The notes beneath the pieces were generated by a model. It searched no databases, had not been told where the DNA came from, and saw only the letters and a program-made list of their open reading frames with translations. A program made the position numbers and the translations under genes. DNA of 64,000 bases from the NCBI RefSeq assembly GCF_000143415.4, contig NW_003314355.1, positions 391,410-455,409 of the forward strand, in the 5' to 3' direction. Below are positions 12,173-24,664 of the stretch, in pieces (positions within the stretch are counted from its first letter, which is position 1; the number at the start of each line of letters is the position of its first letter). The DNA comes from Selaginella moellendorffii (taxonomy: Eukaryota; Plantae; Lycopodiophyta).

Positions 12173-12378
12173 TATATGTTACCTTTTTCATCCTTAGTAC
12201 CTAGCCAATATTTGTTAATGGTTTGACACTGAAGGCTCACTATGCCTTATCCATCCTCTAAGGAGCATAATCTCTCCAACTTATAGATCATTCGACCACT
12301 TGTGTTAGTTCTTTCCTTTCATTGGTTTAGTTTTCACTAAACCTATTAGAAACACCTTCTCTATCTCAATCCCACTAC

Positions 12379-13453
12379 TGTAAGGAACCAACTCCCCGAG
12401 GTGTCGTAGGCTAAAGGATCCCCAAAAGCATGACTAAAATGACAAAGAGTTCATCGGATGGGACCGAGTTTGAGATCGAGTCTAAGACCGACTCTGAGAC
12501 CGAGTTCGAGATAGAGTCCAGAATCGAGTCCGAGGCCGACTCGGAGACCGAGTTTGAGACCGAGTTTGAGATGAAGTCCGAGATCCGAGAATCGGGTCCG
12601 AGACTGAGTCTGAGGTCGAGTCCAAAGTCGAGTCCGAGATCGAGCCCGAGACCGAGTTTGAGTACTAATACGGGTCAAGGGGTGAAAGCCCAAAGCGTGT
12701 GTCTCCCGGGGGGGGGGGGCTGCAGGGGGTTCCAAAAGTATAGTAGGGATAGTGAGGTCTAGGAACCAGTCTTGAAGGAACTCTCCAGTGGTGCTTCCAA
12801 ACTGACTTGAGGTTGAGACTGGGGCCGAGGGGCCTTGGGTGGGAGTGAGCATGGACTCGAGTGGTGCTAGAGGGGTTACCCAAGGAAGTGCTCAAGAGCA
12901 GCTCCCACTCCTGAAAGGGAAACCGACTACAGTGCTCCCGGCTCATGTGGAGTGGTGCCCCACTTGAGTACCATGTGGCTCATTAGTCCTTGCCCTTCCT
13001 AGGGGCTTGGGCCTTCCTTCGGGATGGAATTGGGGGGGTAGAGGTACCCCTATCGGGCCGTTAGGCCACAGTGTTTCGCCCCGGCGTCCCGAAGCAAGTG
13101 TTGCACCCAAGACTTGGGATTTAGAGGGTCCCATGATCAAGTTTTGTGGTACCAAGGGATGTTAGGAACCTGAAGGCTTGGTGTGCTTGGCTGCTTGTGC
13201 CTGCAGGGAGCGTAGCCGAACCTTAAGTCCAGTCTAACCCAAGGAGGGGGATTGGGAGAGATTTGGGAATCCGTGAATGGATGACTAACACTCCGTTGCT
13301 TGTGCAATGAGTAGCTAAAACCAAGTAGGACCAAGTAGGAGTTGGTACCATAGGCGAGAACCTTGGCGAGGGAACTTAGCAAAAGCCAAGGCAGTGTTGG
13401 ACAGGTAGACGAGGTAAGCCGGCAAATTGGAAAGGAAATATTTGTGGCTTACA
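12379..13453 (+). mobile_element. Solo LTR, family D
   Basis: TGTAAG...CTTACA termini. Interrupts C0 internal sequence. Degenerate TSD ACTAC/GCAAC. Carries GAGTCC-type hexamers and the shared LTR core. Confidence 0.8.
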
Positions 13454-13851
13454 GCAACTCATTCTTGAGTAGTCTCAGTTTCCATCAATATAACCTTTGC
13501 ACTTTGGAACTTTTAATTTTGACTTCTCAAAGTTAATTTCTTGGGTGTCTTCGACACCTTACATTGCATATGGCTTTTTCTTTAGCCATTAGTCTTTTGC
13601 TTTTATCCTTTGATTGATGCACCCAGCAATATAGGATTGCTACCTCCATTCTCTAGGTATCCTTTTAATTTTATAGCAAAGACTTTGCTTAGCCAAGTCC
13701 AGAGGGTGTTCACCTCTAATATGTCTCTTTAGCATTTTCTGTTATGGGCTTTATCCATATCCCAACTTTGTGACCCTCCCATGGTCTTTTAAAGAGACTA
13801 CTTTCTTCGAACTCACTATGCCACCACCTTGACACAGCTCATTTCCCTTAG

Positions 13852-14303
13852 TGTGAGACACAAAATCCCTAGGCCCCAAAGTGGAGCCGGAAGGGCGCCA
13901 CGTGGTAGTGGCCGAAGCGAGAGCCAAACGAGCGTAACACGTTTGGACCAAAAGCTCCGACTTGAAAAGTCAAGAGCGGGAGTGGAACTCCTAACGAAGT
14001 GCTCGAGGAATGAGCACGAAACGAGCCATAGGCGAGGCTCCAAAAAGGGACCCAAAAGGACCAACACATGACACGTGGAAGTGTCTGAGATGGAGTCCGA
14101 GGCGGACCCGAGTTGGAGTCCGAGATGGACCCGAAGTGGAGTCCGAGATGGAGTCCGAGATAGACCCGAGATGGAGTCCGAGGTGGACCCGAGGTGGACC
14201 CGAAATGGAGTCCGAGATGGAGTCCGAGATGGACCCAAGATGGAGTCCGAGATGGAGTCCGAGATGGACCCGAGATGGAGTCCGAAGTCGAGACCGAGAC
14301 TGG

Positions 14304-14335
<32 letters not shown>

Positions 14336-14532
14336 TCGGGACTGAGACCGAGCCCGAGGCCGAGGTCGAGACCGAGGCCGAGGTCGAGACCGAGGCCGAG
14401 GCCGAGTCCGAGTCCGAGTCCGAGTCCGAGTCCGAGTCCGAGTCCGAGTACGAGTCCGAGTCCGAGTCCGAGTTCGAGTCTGAGAGGGTGAAAGCCCAAA
14501 GCGTTCGTCTCCCAGACCCTGGGGGGTTTGGT
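13852..14532 (+). repeat. 5' part of a family C LTR fused head-to-head to the C1 3' LTR
   Basis: Starts TGTGAGACACAAAATCCC, contains the tandem array and breaks at GGTTTGGT|AGGCAAACC. Confidence 0.8.
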
Positions 14533-15400
14533 AGGCAAACCATCCGTGAGTGGTCATCTCAGATCCACTCCATAGTATCCTTNNNNNNNNNNNNNNNNNN
14601 NNNNNNNNNNNNNNNNNNNNNNNNNNNNNNNNNNNNNNNNNNNNNNNNNNNNNNNNNNNNNNNNNNNNNNNNNNNNNNNNNNACTAAGTCCCTTTCTGCC
14701 CCTAGCCGTGTTTGCCAACACTGCCACTTGATCGAGACCCACAGGCCCGACCACTAAGTCCCACGGTCCTCTGGGACTTCCTCACCACACGACTGTGTCC
14801 TTGGTCACTACCCCAGAGGACTGCTCCTCTTCCTTTCCACAGTGTGGGCCTTTGGGACAACATTTCGGAACACCGTGGCCTTACGCGAGCCACCTGGGTA
14901 CTCTCCTCGCCTTCTGCCCTTGGGTGCTCTAGCCATGGGCTTAGAGCGGGTTCCGTTGAGCCACACCAGGTATCCAAGTAGGTAGTGCCACCCACACTTG
15001 GACTGGGAGCATCGGCCAGTCGATCTCCCGGGGGAACTAGAGCCGGCCCTTGAACACTTCACCAAGCTACCCCGCTTGTCGGTCTGTGTTCACTCTAGTC
15101 TTGGACTTCCCAGTGGGCAGCTCATCACCCAACACTGACTCTGGCCTTCCTGGGCCAAACTGGCCTTTCCTGGCCAAACTGGCTCCACTGCAGTCCTCCC
15201 CCCACTATACTTTTGGAGCTCACCAAACCCCCCAGGGTCTGGGAGACGAACGCTTTGGGCTTTCACCCTCTCAGACTCGAACTCGGACTCGGACTCGGAC
15301 TCGGACTCGGACTTGGACTCGGACTCAGACTCGGACTCGGACTCGGCCTCGGCCTCGGTCTCGTTCTCGGTCCCGATCTCGGTCTCGTTCTCGGTCCCGA

Positions 15401-15432
<32 letters not shown>

Positions 15433-16194
15433 CCGGTCTCGGTCTCGGTCTTGGTCTTGGTCTCGGTCCCGGTCTCGGTCTCGACTTCGGACTCCATCTC
15501 GGACTCCATCTCGGACTCCATCTCGGACTCCATCTCGGGTCCATCTCGGACTCCATCTCGGGTCCATCTCGGACTCCATCTCGGGTCCATCTCGGACTCC
15601 ATTTCGGGTCCATCTCGGACTCCATCTCGGACTCCATTTCGGGTCCATCTCGGGTCCATCTCGGACTCCATCTCGGACTCCATCTCGGACTCCATCTCGG
15701 GTCCATCTCGGACTCCACTTCGGACTCCAACTCGGGTCCATCTCGGACTCCACTTCGGACTCCAACTCGGGTCCATCTCGGACTCCACTTCGGACTCCAA
15801 CTCGGGTCCATCTCGGACTCCACTTCGGACTCCAACTCGAGTCCATCTCGAACACTTCCACGTGTCATGTGTTGGTCCTTTTGGGTCCCTTTTTGGAGCC
15901 TCACTTTTTGCTCGCTTCGTGCTCGTTCCTCGAGCACTTTGTTGGGAGTTCCACTCCCGCTCTTGACTTTTCAAGTCGGAGCTTTTGGTCCAAACGTGTT
16001 ATGCTCGTTTGGCTCTCGCTTCAGCCACTACCACGTGGCACCCTTTCCGGCTCCACTTTGGGGCCTAGGGATTTTGTGTCTCACAACTCCACCACCCATA
16101 GACGAAGTTCGATGTCCTCATCGAACGGTAAACCACTTTATAAAGTAACACCCGCATGTGTTACCATTTCCATCCTTGGCACCTAGCCAATATT

Positions 16195-16320
16195 TGTCAA
16201 TGGTTTGACATTGAAGGCTCACCATGCCTTCTCCATACTTGTCAATGGTTTGACATTGAAGGCTCACCATGCCTTTTGCATTTTCCTCAATGGTTTGACA
16301 CCAAAGGCTCACCATGCCTT
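16195..16320. repeat. Three ~44-bp tandem repeats near the C-family PPT (also at 41561-41686)
   Basis: TCAATGGTTTGACA...AAGGCTCACCATGCC x3; a single unit in C0 (~12213-12248). Confidence 0.85.
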
Positions 16321-16604
16321 GCTTATCCCCTAAGGAGGGTAGTCTCCCCAACTTAGAGACTGATTGGACCACATGTAGTGGTTCTCGCTAAACTTCTTAG
16401 AGACCCTTCTCTAAGTCAATCCCACTACTCTTTCTCAAGTAGTCTCAATTTCCATCTATTGAACGTTTGCACCTTGGAACTTTTACTCTTTTGACTTTTG
16501 GATGTCAATTTCCTAGGTGTCTCCAACACCTTGCATTGCACAGATTGTGCAACTCCACTTCCCCATCCTAGGAAGTTCATTACTTGAGGGTACCATCATC
16601 CTCT

Positions 16605-18612
16605 TGTGAGACACAAAATCCCTAGGCCCCAAAGTGGAGCCGGAAGGGCGCCACGTGGTAGTGGCCGAAGCGAGAGCCAAACGAGCGTAACACGTTTGGA
16701 CCAAAAGCTCCGACTTGAAAAGTCAAGAGCGGGAGTGGAACTCCCAACGAAGTGCCCGAGGAACGAGCACAAAGCGAGCAAAAAGCGAGGCTCCAAAAAG
16801 GGACCCAAAAGGACCAACACATGACACGTGGAAGTGGAGTCCGAGATGGAGTCCGAGGTGGACCCGAGATGGACCCGACATGGAGTCCGAGATGGAGTCC
16901 GAGATGGAGTCCGAGATGGAGTCCGAGATGGAGTCCGAGATGGAGTCCGAGATGGAGTCCGAGATGGAGTCCGAGGTGGACCCGAGATGGACCCGAAATG
17001 GAGTCCGAGATGGAGTCCGAGATGGAGTCCGAGATGGAGTCCGAGATGGAGTCCGAGATGGAGTCCGAGATGGAGTCCGAGATGGACCCGAGATGGAGTC
17101 CGAGATGGAGTCCGAGGTGGACCCGAGATGGACCCGAGATGGAGTCCGAGATGGAGTCCGAGATGGACCCGAGATGGAGTCCGAGATGGAGTCCGAGATG
17201 GAGTCCGAGATGGAGTCCGAGATGGACCCGAGATGGAGTCCAAGATGGAACCGGGACTGAGATCAAGTCCGAGACCGAATCCGAAGTCGGATCCGAAATC
17301 GGATCCGAGATCGAGCCAGAGACTAAGTCCAAATACTAATACGGGTCAAGGGGTGAAAGCCCAAAGCGTGCGTCTCCCAGGGGGGGGGGGCTGCGGGGGG
17401 TTCCAAAAGTATAGTACGGAGAGTGTGGGGGTTGGAGCCCAGTGGAGCCAGTTGGGCCAGGAAGGGCCAGTTTGGCCCAGGAAGGGCCAGTTTGGTCCGA
17501 GGAGGCCATACCCAGTGTTGGGTGATGAGCTGCCCACTGGGAAGTCCAAGACTAGAGTGAACACGGACCGACAAGCGGGGTAGCTTGGTGAAGTGTTCAA
17601 GAGCCGGCTCTAGTTCCCCCGGGAGATCGACTGGCCGATGCTCCCAGTCCAAGTGTGGGTGGCACTACCTACTTGGATACCAGGCGTGGCTCAACGGAAC
17701 CCGCTCTAAGCCCATGGCTAGAGCACCCAAGGGCAGAAGGCGAGGAGAGTACCCAGGTGGCTCGCGTAAGGCCACGGTGTTCCGAAATGTTGTCCCAAAG
17801 GCCCAGACTGTGGAAAGGAAGAGGAGCAATCCTCTGGGGTAGTGACCAAGGACACAGTCGTGTGGTGAGGAAGTCCCAGAGGACCGTGGGACTTAGTGGT
17901 CGGGCCTGTGGGTCTTGATCCAGTGGCAGTGTTGGCAAACACGGCCAGGGGCAGAAAGGGACTTAGTGGGGACTGACAGAGGGATATTGGGGAAGGCTAT
18001 TCCCCTTGTCGGTGGGCATCCTAAGGATGTTAAGGAGTGGATCTGGGATGATCACTCATGGACGGATGACCCAGTCTTTGAGAGACGGGATCGGAATGCA
18101 GGTGGTGTTGGACCACCAGTGTGACCAAGGTAAATGGGCATGGCCTTAGCGTAACGGGCCGATACGTCGGTAGTACCTTGGGGTGTCGATCATGGGATCG
18201 GACACGTGGAGCACTTGGACCAAGTGCTAAGGTTGAGTGGCATGGATGCCATTCTCGGGGCTAGCAAGCCCCAAGTCTTGAGTGGGACTTATGGAGGTTG
18301 TGAATGAGACTCCTCCAAGTGGTCGGAGGTGTGGTTAAGTGACTAAAGTAGAATGGAAAATTTAGTCGCTTACAATTTGGTATCGGAGCTTTTCCTTAGT
18401 CCGACTTTTATTGGTGCTCAAGTATATCACCACTGGTGTTGGCAAGGGAAGGTCCGAGAAGTGGGCCTATCCTTGAGGAGTAGCAGGTCGGGAAGACATG
18501 GCTCTCCATTACAGTTCATGTGTGAACTTGTAGACAAGGTGGTGGATAGAAAAGAGGGCCAATAACGGAACGACGTTAGGATCTTGAGAACAGTGCAAGG
18601 TTTTCCTCATTG
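16605..18612 (+). mobile_element. Family C 5' LTR, PBS and leader inserted antisense in C1, 3'-truncated
   Basis: LTR at 16605-18374, PBS TGGTATCGGAGC at 18378-18389. Joins the host at a TTCCTC microhomology with ~200 bp of host sequence lost. Confidence 0.9.
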
Positions 18613-19130
18613 GTTAACTTTGCCATTTGGATCCCTTCCATTAAATTCCATGGCCCAAACTTGGCCACTAGTCCTTTGCTCCTATCCTTGATTGTTGCAC
18701 CCAGCAACATCGGATCGCTACCTCCATTTTTGAGGTATCCTTTCGGTTCCATAGCAAAGACTCTTCTTTGCCTAGTCCGGAGGATGTTCGCCCCTAGTAC
18801 GTCTCTTTAGCATCTTCTACTATGGGCTCTATCCATGGCCCAACTTTGTGACCCTCCCATGGGTCTTTTATAGAGACTACTTTCCTCGGACTCACTATGC
18901 CATCGGACGGATATAGTTTATTTCCCTTAGGTGCTCTTCCCACTTGGTCATCACGACTAGGCCACACCATCTTAAACAGTTCAATTTCAACATTTTGAAC
19001 CAGGAACTTCATTCCTTAGCCAACCAAGGACCTTGTCCTTATCTGGCCATAAGATCACCTAGTGATCTCACCTTGGCACCTTAACAGAGTTGCCAAGAGG
19101 TACTTGGTCTTCTAGACCTCCAAGTTGTTG

Positions 19131-19545
19131 ACTATAACCCCGGGGGCATCCCCCACACTTGGCGGTGCACCCAAGCTAGCCCTTACGGCCAAGGGTTCAT
19201 AGCAACTGAGATTAAGTGTCCCCATCTCACTCACCACGACCTTGGTGCCACTTGCACCAAAGCGTTCAAGTTAGATATGCCGAGCTTTCACTCTAAGCAA
19301 TCTAACTGTGCATCACGACTCCGAGGCATCCCTCACTTGGCGGTGCGCCCATACCAGTCTCCCCACTGAGAGTCCATGACCACCGAAATATGAGTGTCCT
19401 CATATTCCAAACCATCACCACGCCCTAGTGATTTGGGACTCGAACCCAAGCACTAGAGGGTCGGGACTCGAACCCAACCTCCGTATATGCATCTACAGAC
19501 GGCATCACACAAGATGCCTGGCGTGACTCCCCACGCCGGTGCACC
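19131..19545 (-). other. Predicted structured cis-RNA domain of family C (also ~23808-24210 and ~42712-43127)
   Basis: Array of hairpins, two GGGTTCGAGTCCC T-loop arms and two covarying four-way-junction modules. Confidence 0.65.
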
Positions 19546-22020
19546 AACTTATTTTTAAAGCGCGCTACAGATCACAGCTTAGGAACCTAGTTCCTCCACA
19601 CTGCCAAGTCCTCTCACTTGACATGTCTGTGATCATGCATGGACTCCTCCATGCTCGGCCCCATGGCCCACCCTTTTTGAAGTTATCACCTTCAACTAAG
19701 GTATTTGTTCCCCCGACGTGCCAATCTCGCTTGGCAAGTTCTCCGACCACTGTAACATGGTTCCTGCATAAGCGTGAAAGTCCTTGACCATCGACTTTCG
19801 TTCAAAGCCCTCTCTTTGAACACTCGGGAACTACTTCCCTAACCTTGATAGCCTTGCCTTATGGCAAGCTTCAAGACCACGCTTCTGCTGCGCCACTCTG
19901 ATTTCGCGCGTTCCATGAACCATTTACACTTGGCCTTTCTAGGTACTAAGCTACCTAAAATCGTCTTTGGGAACCTTGAAGGAACTCTGTCCCTCAGCTT
20001 GCTAAGGCCTCCCTTTTGCAAGCCTTCCAAATGCCACATAGTCTAACATGGACAATTCCATAACTTAGACTCTCCATGGCATCACGGTTGCTAGCGGCAA
20101 CACCCTCGAGCCCCCACTTGATTCTCCACTCCCAGCTGGCATAACCAACCTTGGTTATGCCTTTTGATTCCTACGGTTCGGTTCCATCCCCTTACTTCTT
20201 GCTTTTTGGCTTCACACCTTTCCTTTGGTCATTCTCCTCCAGACCAGGAGGATAGCTTTGCACTTTCTATCATGCTTTAGCAAGTATTCTTAGGGATGAA
20301 CCTACTCAATAGCCTAGGGAGTGGTTCCTCAATCCGGATATGCTCACCTTATAATCCCACACACTGGGATTACATTGTTGCTTATGGGTCTTTACATGCC
20401 CATCACTAGCCTTGCCAAAATTCCATTTTTGGCTTTGTCCAACTTGGGTAGACAGTCCTCTCCTGTCTCCGCAACCTTGGACATTTGGATAGCACCTTCT
20501 ATCCATCATTCGCTAGGGACTTAGTCCCTTGGGCTTTATCCATTGCCCTCGCGACATCAAACACCACCTTCTGGTGTTCTAGAGTGTTCAGGTGTCCCAA
20601 TGATGGCTTTCTTGACAATGAGTATTTCCTTTTATGACATTGACTTATTATATCGCAACATAAGCAACTTATCCCCCGCAAGGGTATATCCGACTTCCCT
20701 ATGCTAGAAGTCTTGGGTAGCTACCTTCTACCCGTTTAACTAGTTATTTTGCACCTCTTGCTTAGTTGCCTTATAGTTGTCAAGTCCTACAACTCATTGC
20801 TTGGTGCTTTCACACCTCCATCATTATCTGGGTCACCGCACTCCAACTGCATGCTCTGCAGCTTAGGCTATGCCATTCCCATTTCCATTGGGATTCCTTT
20901 GGCAAGGGGTTCTCATGAACCCACCAACATAGCCTCAAGGTATCACACCTTGGCACATTTGGTGTCTCCACACCATCGGCTCCACGAACCTACCTTTATG
21001 ACACTTCTTCTTTGTGTCTAAGTCTTTGCCAAGACCAATGCCACTCTTTCTCATGCCAACCATCCGTTAGCACTACACCATAGAGGTCACACACAACTTT
21101 GTGTCAAAGTTGTTTTCTTTTTGGGAACACCTTTCCCACGACTTTAGCATGGCACATTTTGCAATCAATGAGATACCCTCTGTTCTCATCCTTGGATCCT
21201 ATGATCCCCCCCCCATCTTTTGTGGGGTACAACACACCTCAGTCCAAATGCTTCCATTAGTCCTTTTAGGACCATCCCTTGACTCTACTTGAGTCATCCA
21301 GCAGTTTTGGACTTGGTTAATCCACAGACCCTTAAGGTCCTACTTGTGAGGCACTAGCTCACTGGAATACACTTCTTGCATTCCTGTCCTACTCAAAAGG
21401 ACTATTTTCACAAGTGTTACTCTAACACTTGATTTTGTTCTCTGGGGGCAACCTTTGCCCCTTAGGACTACTTGTCCATGTGATGAGAACACCAACTCAT
21501 CCACTTAATACACCCCCAACTCCTTGGGTTGTTTCAGCATTTATTAGAGGTAGCCCCGGCTACCTTTTCAAGGACTTGAGTCCTCTTCCGTATTTGACCT
21601 CCCACGGTCATTACTTCTGGTCTCACATTCATGAGCACCAACCTCAACTATATGAGGAAAATCTTGTGACTCCTTTATTGCTTTGGAGTCTTTATCTTTC
21701 CCGTGATCCCAACTGTAGTTGTTTGCCACAACTACATTAGCCAGTTTGCTAAGTCAAACGCTCATCTGGATCACATCCTCAACTCTTTGAGGAAAACCAT
21801 ATACTGTTCCCAAGATCCCAAAGTCGTTCCATTATTGGCCCTTTTCTATCCACCACCTCGTCTACAAGTTCACACATGAATTGTAATGGAGAGCCATGTC
21901 TTCCCGACTTGCTACTCCTCAAGGATAGGCCCACTCCTCGGGCCTTCCGATGCCAACACTAGTGGTAATATACTTGAGCACCAATAAAAGTCGGACTAAG
22001 GAACAGCTCTGATACCAAAT

Positions 22021-23159
22021 TGTAAGCGACTAAATTTTCCATTCTACTTTAGTCACTTAACCACACCTCTGACCACTTGGAGGAGTCTCATTCGCAACCT
22101 CCATAAGTCCAATCCAGGACTTGGGACTTGCTAGCCCCGAGAATGGCATCCATGCCACTCAACATTTGCACTTGGTCCAAGTGCTCCACGTGTCCGATCC
22201 CATGACCGACACTCAAAGGTACCACCGACATAGCAGCCCGTTACGCTAAGGCCATGCCCAATCACCTTTGCCACACTGGTAGTCCAATACCACTTGCATC
22301 ACTGTCTTGGCTCTTCAAGACTAGGCAAACCATCCGTGAGTGCTCATCTCAGATCCACTCCTTAGCATCCTTAGGATGCCCACCGACAAGGGGAATAGCC
22401 TTCCCCAATATCCCTCTGTCAGTCCCCACTAAGTCCCTTTCTGCCCCTAGCCGTGTTTGCCAACACTGCCACTGGATCGAGACTTCAGGCCCGACCACTA
22501 AGTCCCACGGTCCTCTGGGACTTCCTCACCACACGACTGTGTCCTTGGTCACTACCCCAGAGGACTGCTCCTCTTCCTTTCCACAGTCTGGGCCTTTGGG
22601 ACAACATTTTGGAACACCATGGCCTTACGCGAGCCACCTGGGTACTCTCCTCGCCTTCTGCCCTTGGGTGCTCTAGCCATGGGCTTAGAGCGGGTTCCGT
22701 TGAGCCACACCAGGTATCCAAGTAGGTAGTGCCACCCACACTTGGACTGGGAGCATCGGCCAGTCGATCTCCCGGGGGAACTAGAGCCGGCCCTTGAACA
22801 CTTCACCAAGCTACCCCGCTTGTCGGTCTGTGTTCACTCTAGTCTTGGACTTCCCAGTGGGCAACTCATCACCCAACACTGGCTCTGGCCTTCCTGGGCC
22901 AAACTGGCCTTTCCTGGCCAAACTGGCTCCACTGCAGTCCTCCCCCCACTATACTTTTGGAGCTCACCAAACCCCCCAGGGTCTGGGAGACGAACGCTTT
23001 GGGCTTTCACCCTCTCAGACTCGAACTCGAACTCGGACTCGGACTCGGACTTGGACTCGGACTCAGACTCGGACTCGGACTCGGCCTCGGCCTCGGTCTC
23101 GTTCTCGGTCCCGATCTCGGTCTCGTTCTCGGTCCCGATCTCGGTCTCGTTCTCGGTCC

Positions 23160-23194
<35 letters not shown>

Positions 23195-23807
23195 CCGGTC
23201 TCGGTCTCGGTCTCGGTCTCGGTCCCGGTCTCGGTCTCGACTTCGGACTCCATCTCGGACTCCATCTCGGACTCCATCTCGGACTCCATCTCGGACTCCA
23301 TCTCGGGTCCATCTCGGACTCCATCTCGGGTCCATCTCGGACTCCATCTCGGACTCCATTTCGGGTCCATCTCGGGTCCACCTCGGACTCCATCTCGGAC
23401 TCCATCTCAGACTCCATCTCGGGTCCATCTCGGACTCCACTTCGGACTCCAACTCGGGTCCATCTCGGACTCCACTTCGGACTCCAACTCGGGTCCATCT
23501 CAGACTCCACTTCGGACTCCAACTTGGGTCCATCTCGGACTCCACTTCGGACTCCAACTCGAGTCCATCTCGGACACTTCCACATGTCATGTGTTGGTCC
23601 TTTTGGGTCCCTTTTTGGAGCCTCGCTTTTTGCTCGCTTCGTGCTCGTTCCTCGAGCACTTTGTTGGGAGTTCCACTCCCGCTCTTGACTTTTCAAGTCG
23701 GAGCTTTTGGTCCAAACGTGTTATGCTCGTTTGGCTCTCGCTTCAGCCACTACCACGTGGCACCCTTTCCGGCTCCACTTTGGGGCCTAGGGATTTTGTG
23801 TCTCACA
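22021..23807 (-). repeat. C1 5' LTR with internal tandem array (~23020-23575)
   Basis: TGT..ACA termini; (GGACTC)n, (GGTCTC)n, (GGACTCCATCTC)n and 36-bp higher-order units. Confidence 0.95.
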
Positions 23808-24664
23808 CCTGGTGGCATCTCCCACACTTGGCAGTGCGCCCAAGTCAGTCCTTCCAGCCAAGGGTCCATAACAACTGAGATTAGGTGTCCCCATTTCATT
23901 CACCACATCGTTAGTGACACTTGCGCCAAAGTGTTCAAGTTAGATATACCAAGCTTTCACACTAAGCAATCTAACTGTGTATCATGACTCTGGGGCATCC
24001 CCCACTTTGGCGGTGTGCCCAAGCCAGTCTCCCTACTGAGAGTCCATGAGCACCGAAAAATGAGTGTCCTTATATTCCAACCCATCACCACGCCTTAGTG
24101 AGTTGGGACTTGAACCCAAGCACTAGAGGGTTGAGACTTAAACCCAACCTCTATATATGTATCTACGGATGGCATCATCCAAAATGCCTGATGTGACTTC
24201 CCACACCAGTGCACTAATGTATATTTAAAGCACATTGTAGATCACAGCTTAGGAAGCTAGTTCCTCTGCACTTCCAAGTCCTCTCACTTGACATGTTTGT
24301 GATCATGCATGAACTCCTCCATATTTAGCGTCATGGCCTACCTCTTTTTGAAGTTAATAGCCTCAACTAAAGTCTTTATTCCTCGACTTGTCAATTTCAT
24401 TTAGTAAGTCACCCAACATAGTTTTCAACATAAGTGTAGCACACGTGGTTTTTTGACCCTTTATCCTATGGTGATTTACCATAGGATAACACCACGAAGC
24501 AGAACCTAAACCCTCTTTGTGCCACATGACAGATGCCACATGTCACATGCCACGTGTCCAAAGGACAGTGGTGTGGAACCGGAGGTTCAAGGCCTTGGGC
24601 CATTGAACGAAGGAACGGTGCCAAAGTCTCCCAAGCATCGAACCACGGAGCAACTCCCGAGCAT

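Larger units (their letters stand above)
14533..23807 (-). mobile_element. Family C non-autonomous LTR retrotransposon, copy C1
   Basis: 5' LTR at 22021-23807 and truncated 3' LTR at 14533-16085 share private variants. PBS TGGTATCAGAGC at 22006-22017. PPT GGGTGGTGGAGT at 16086-16097. Only decayed integrase-like remnants. Confidence 0.9.

Noticed and set aside
14478-14520. Hammerhead (retrozyme) look-alike CTGAGAGGGTGAAAGCCCAAA
   Set aside because: Lacks CUGANGA and a GAAA after stem II, and the CTGA is absent in families A and D
16195-16320. CRISPR-like repeat-spacer pattern
   Set aside because: Eukaryotic context, ~10-bp related spacers and no cas genes; a simple tandem repeat
13816-17583. 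Long RS-, LG-, ESE- and SPRW-repeat ORFs (also at 22.7-24, 40.5-41.5, 46.2-47.2 and 49 kb) resembling SR proteins
   Set aside because: They are translations of the largely stop-free LTR minisatellite, open in all frames and frameshifted between copies
19165-19170. GUGCAC palindrome as an HIV-type dimerization loop
   Set aside because: Other units and copies read GCGCAC or GCACAC, so self-complementarity is not conserved
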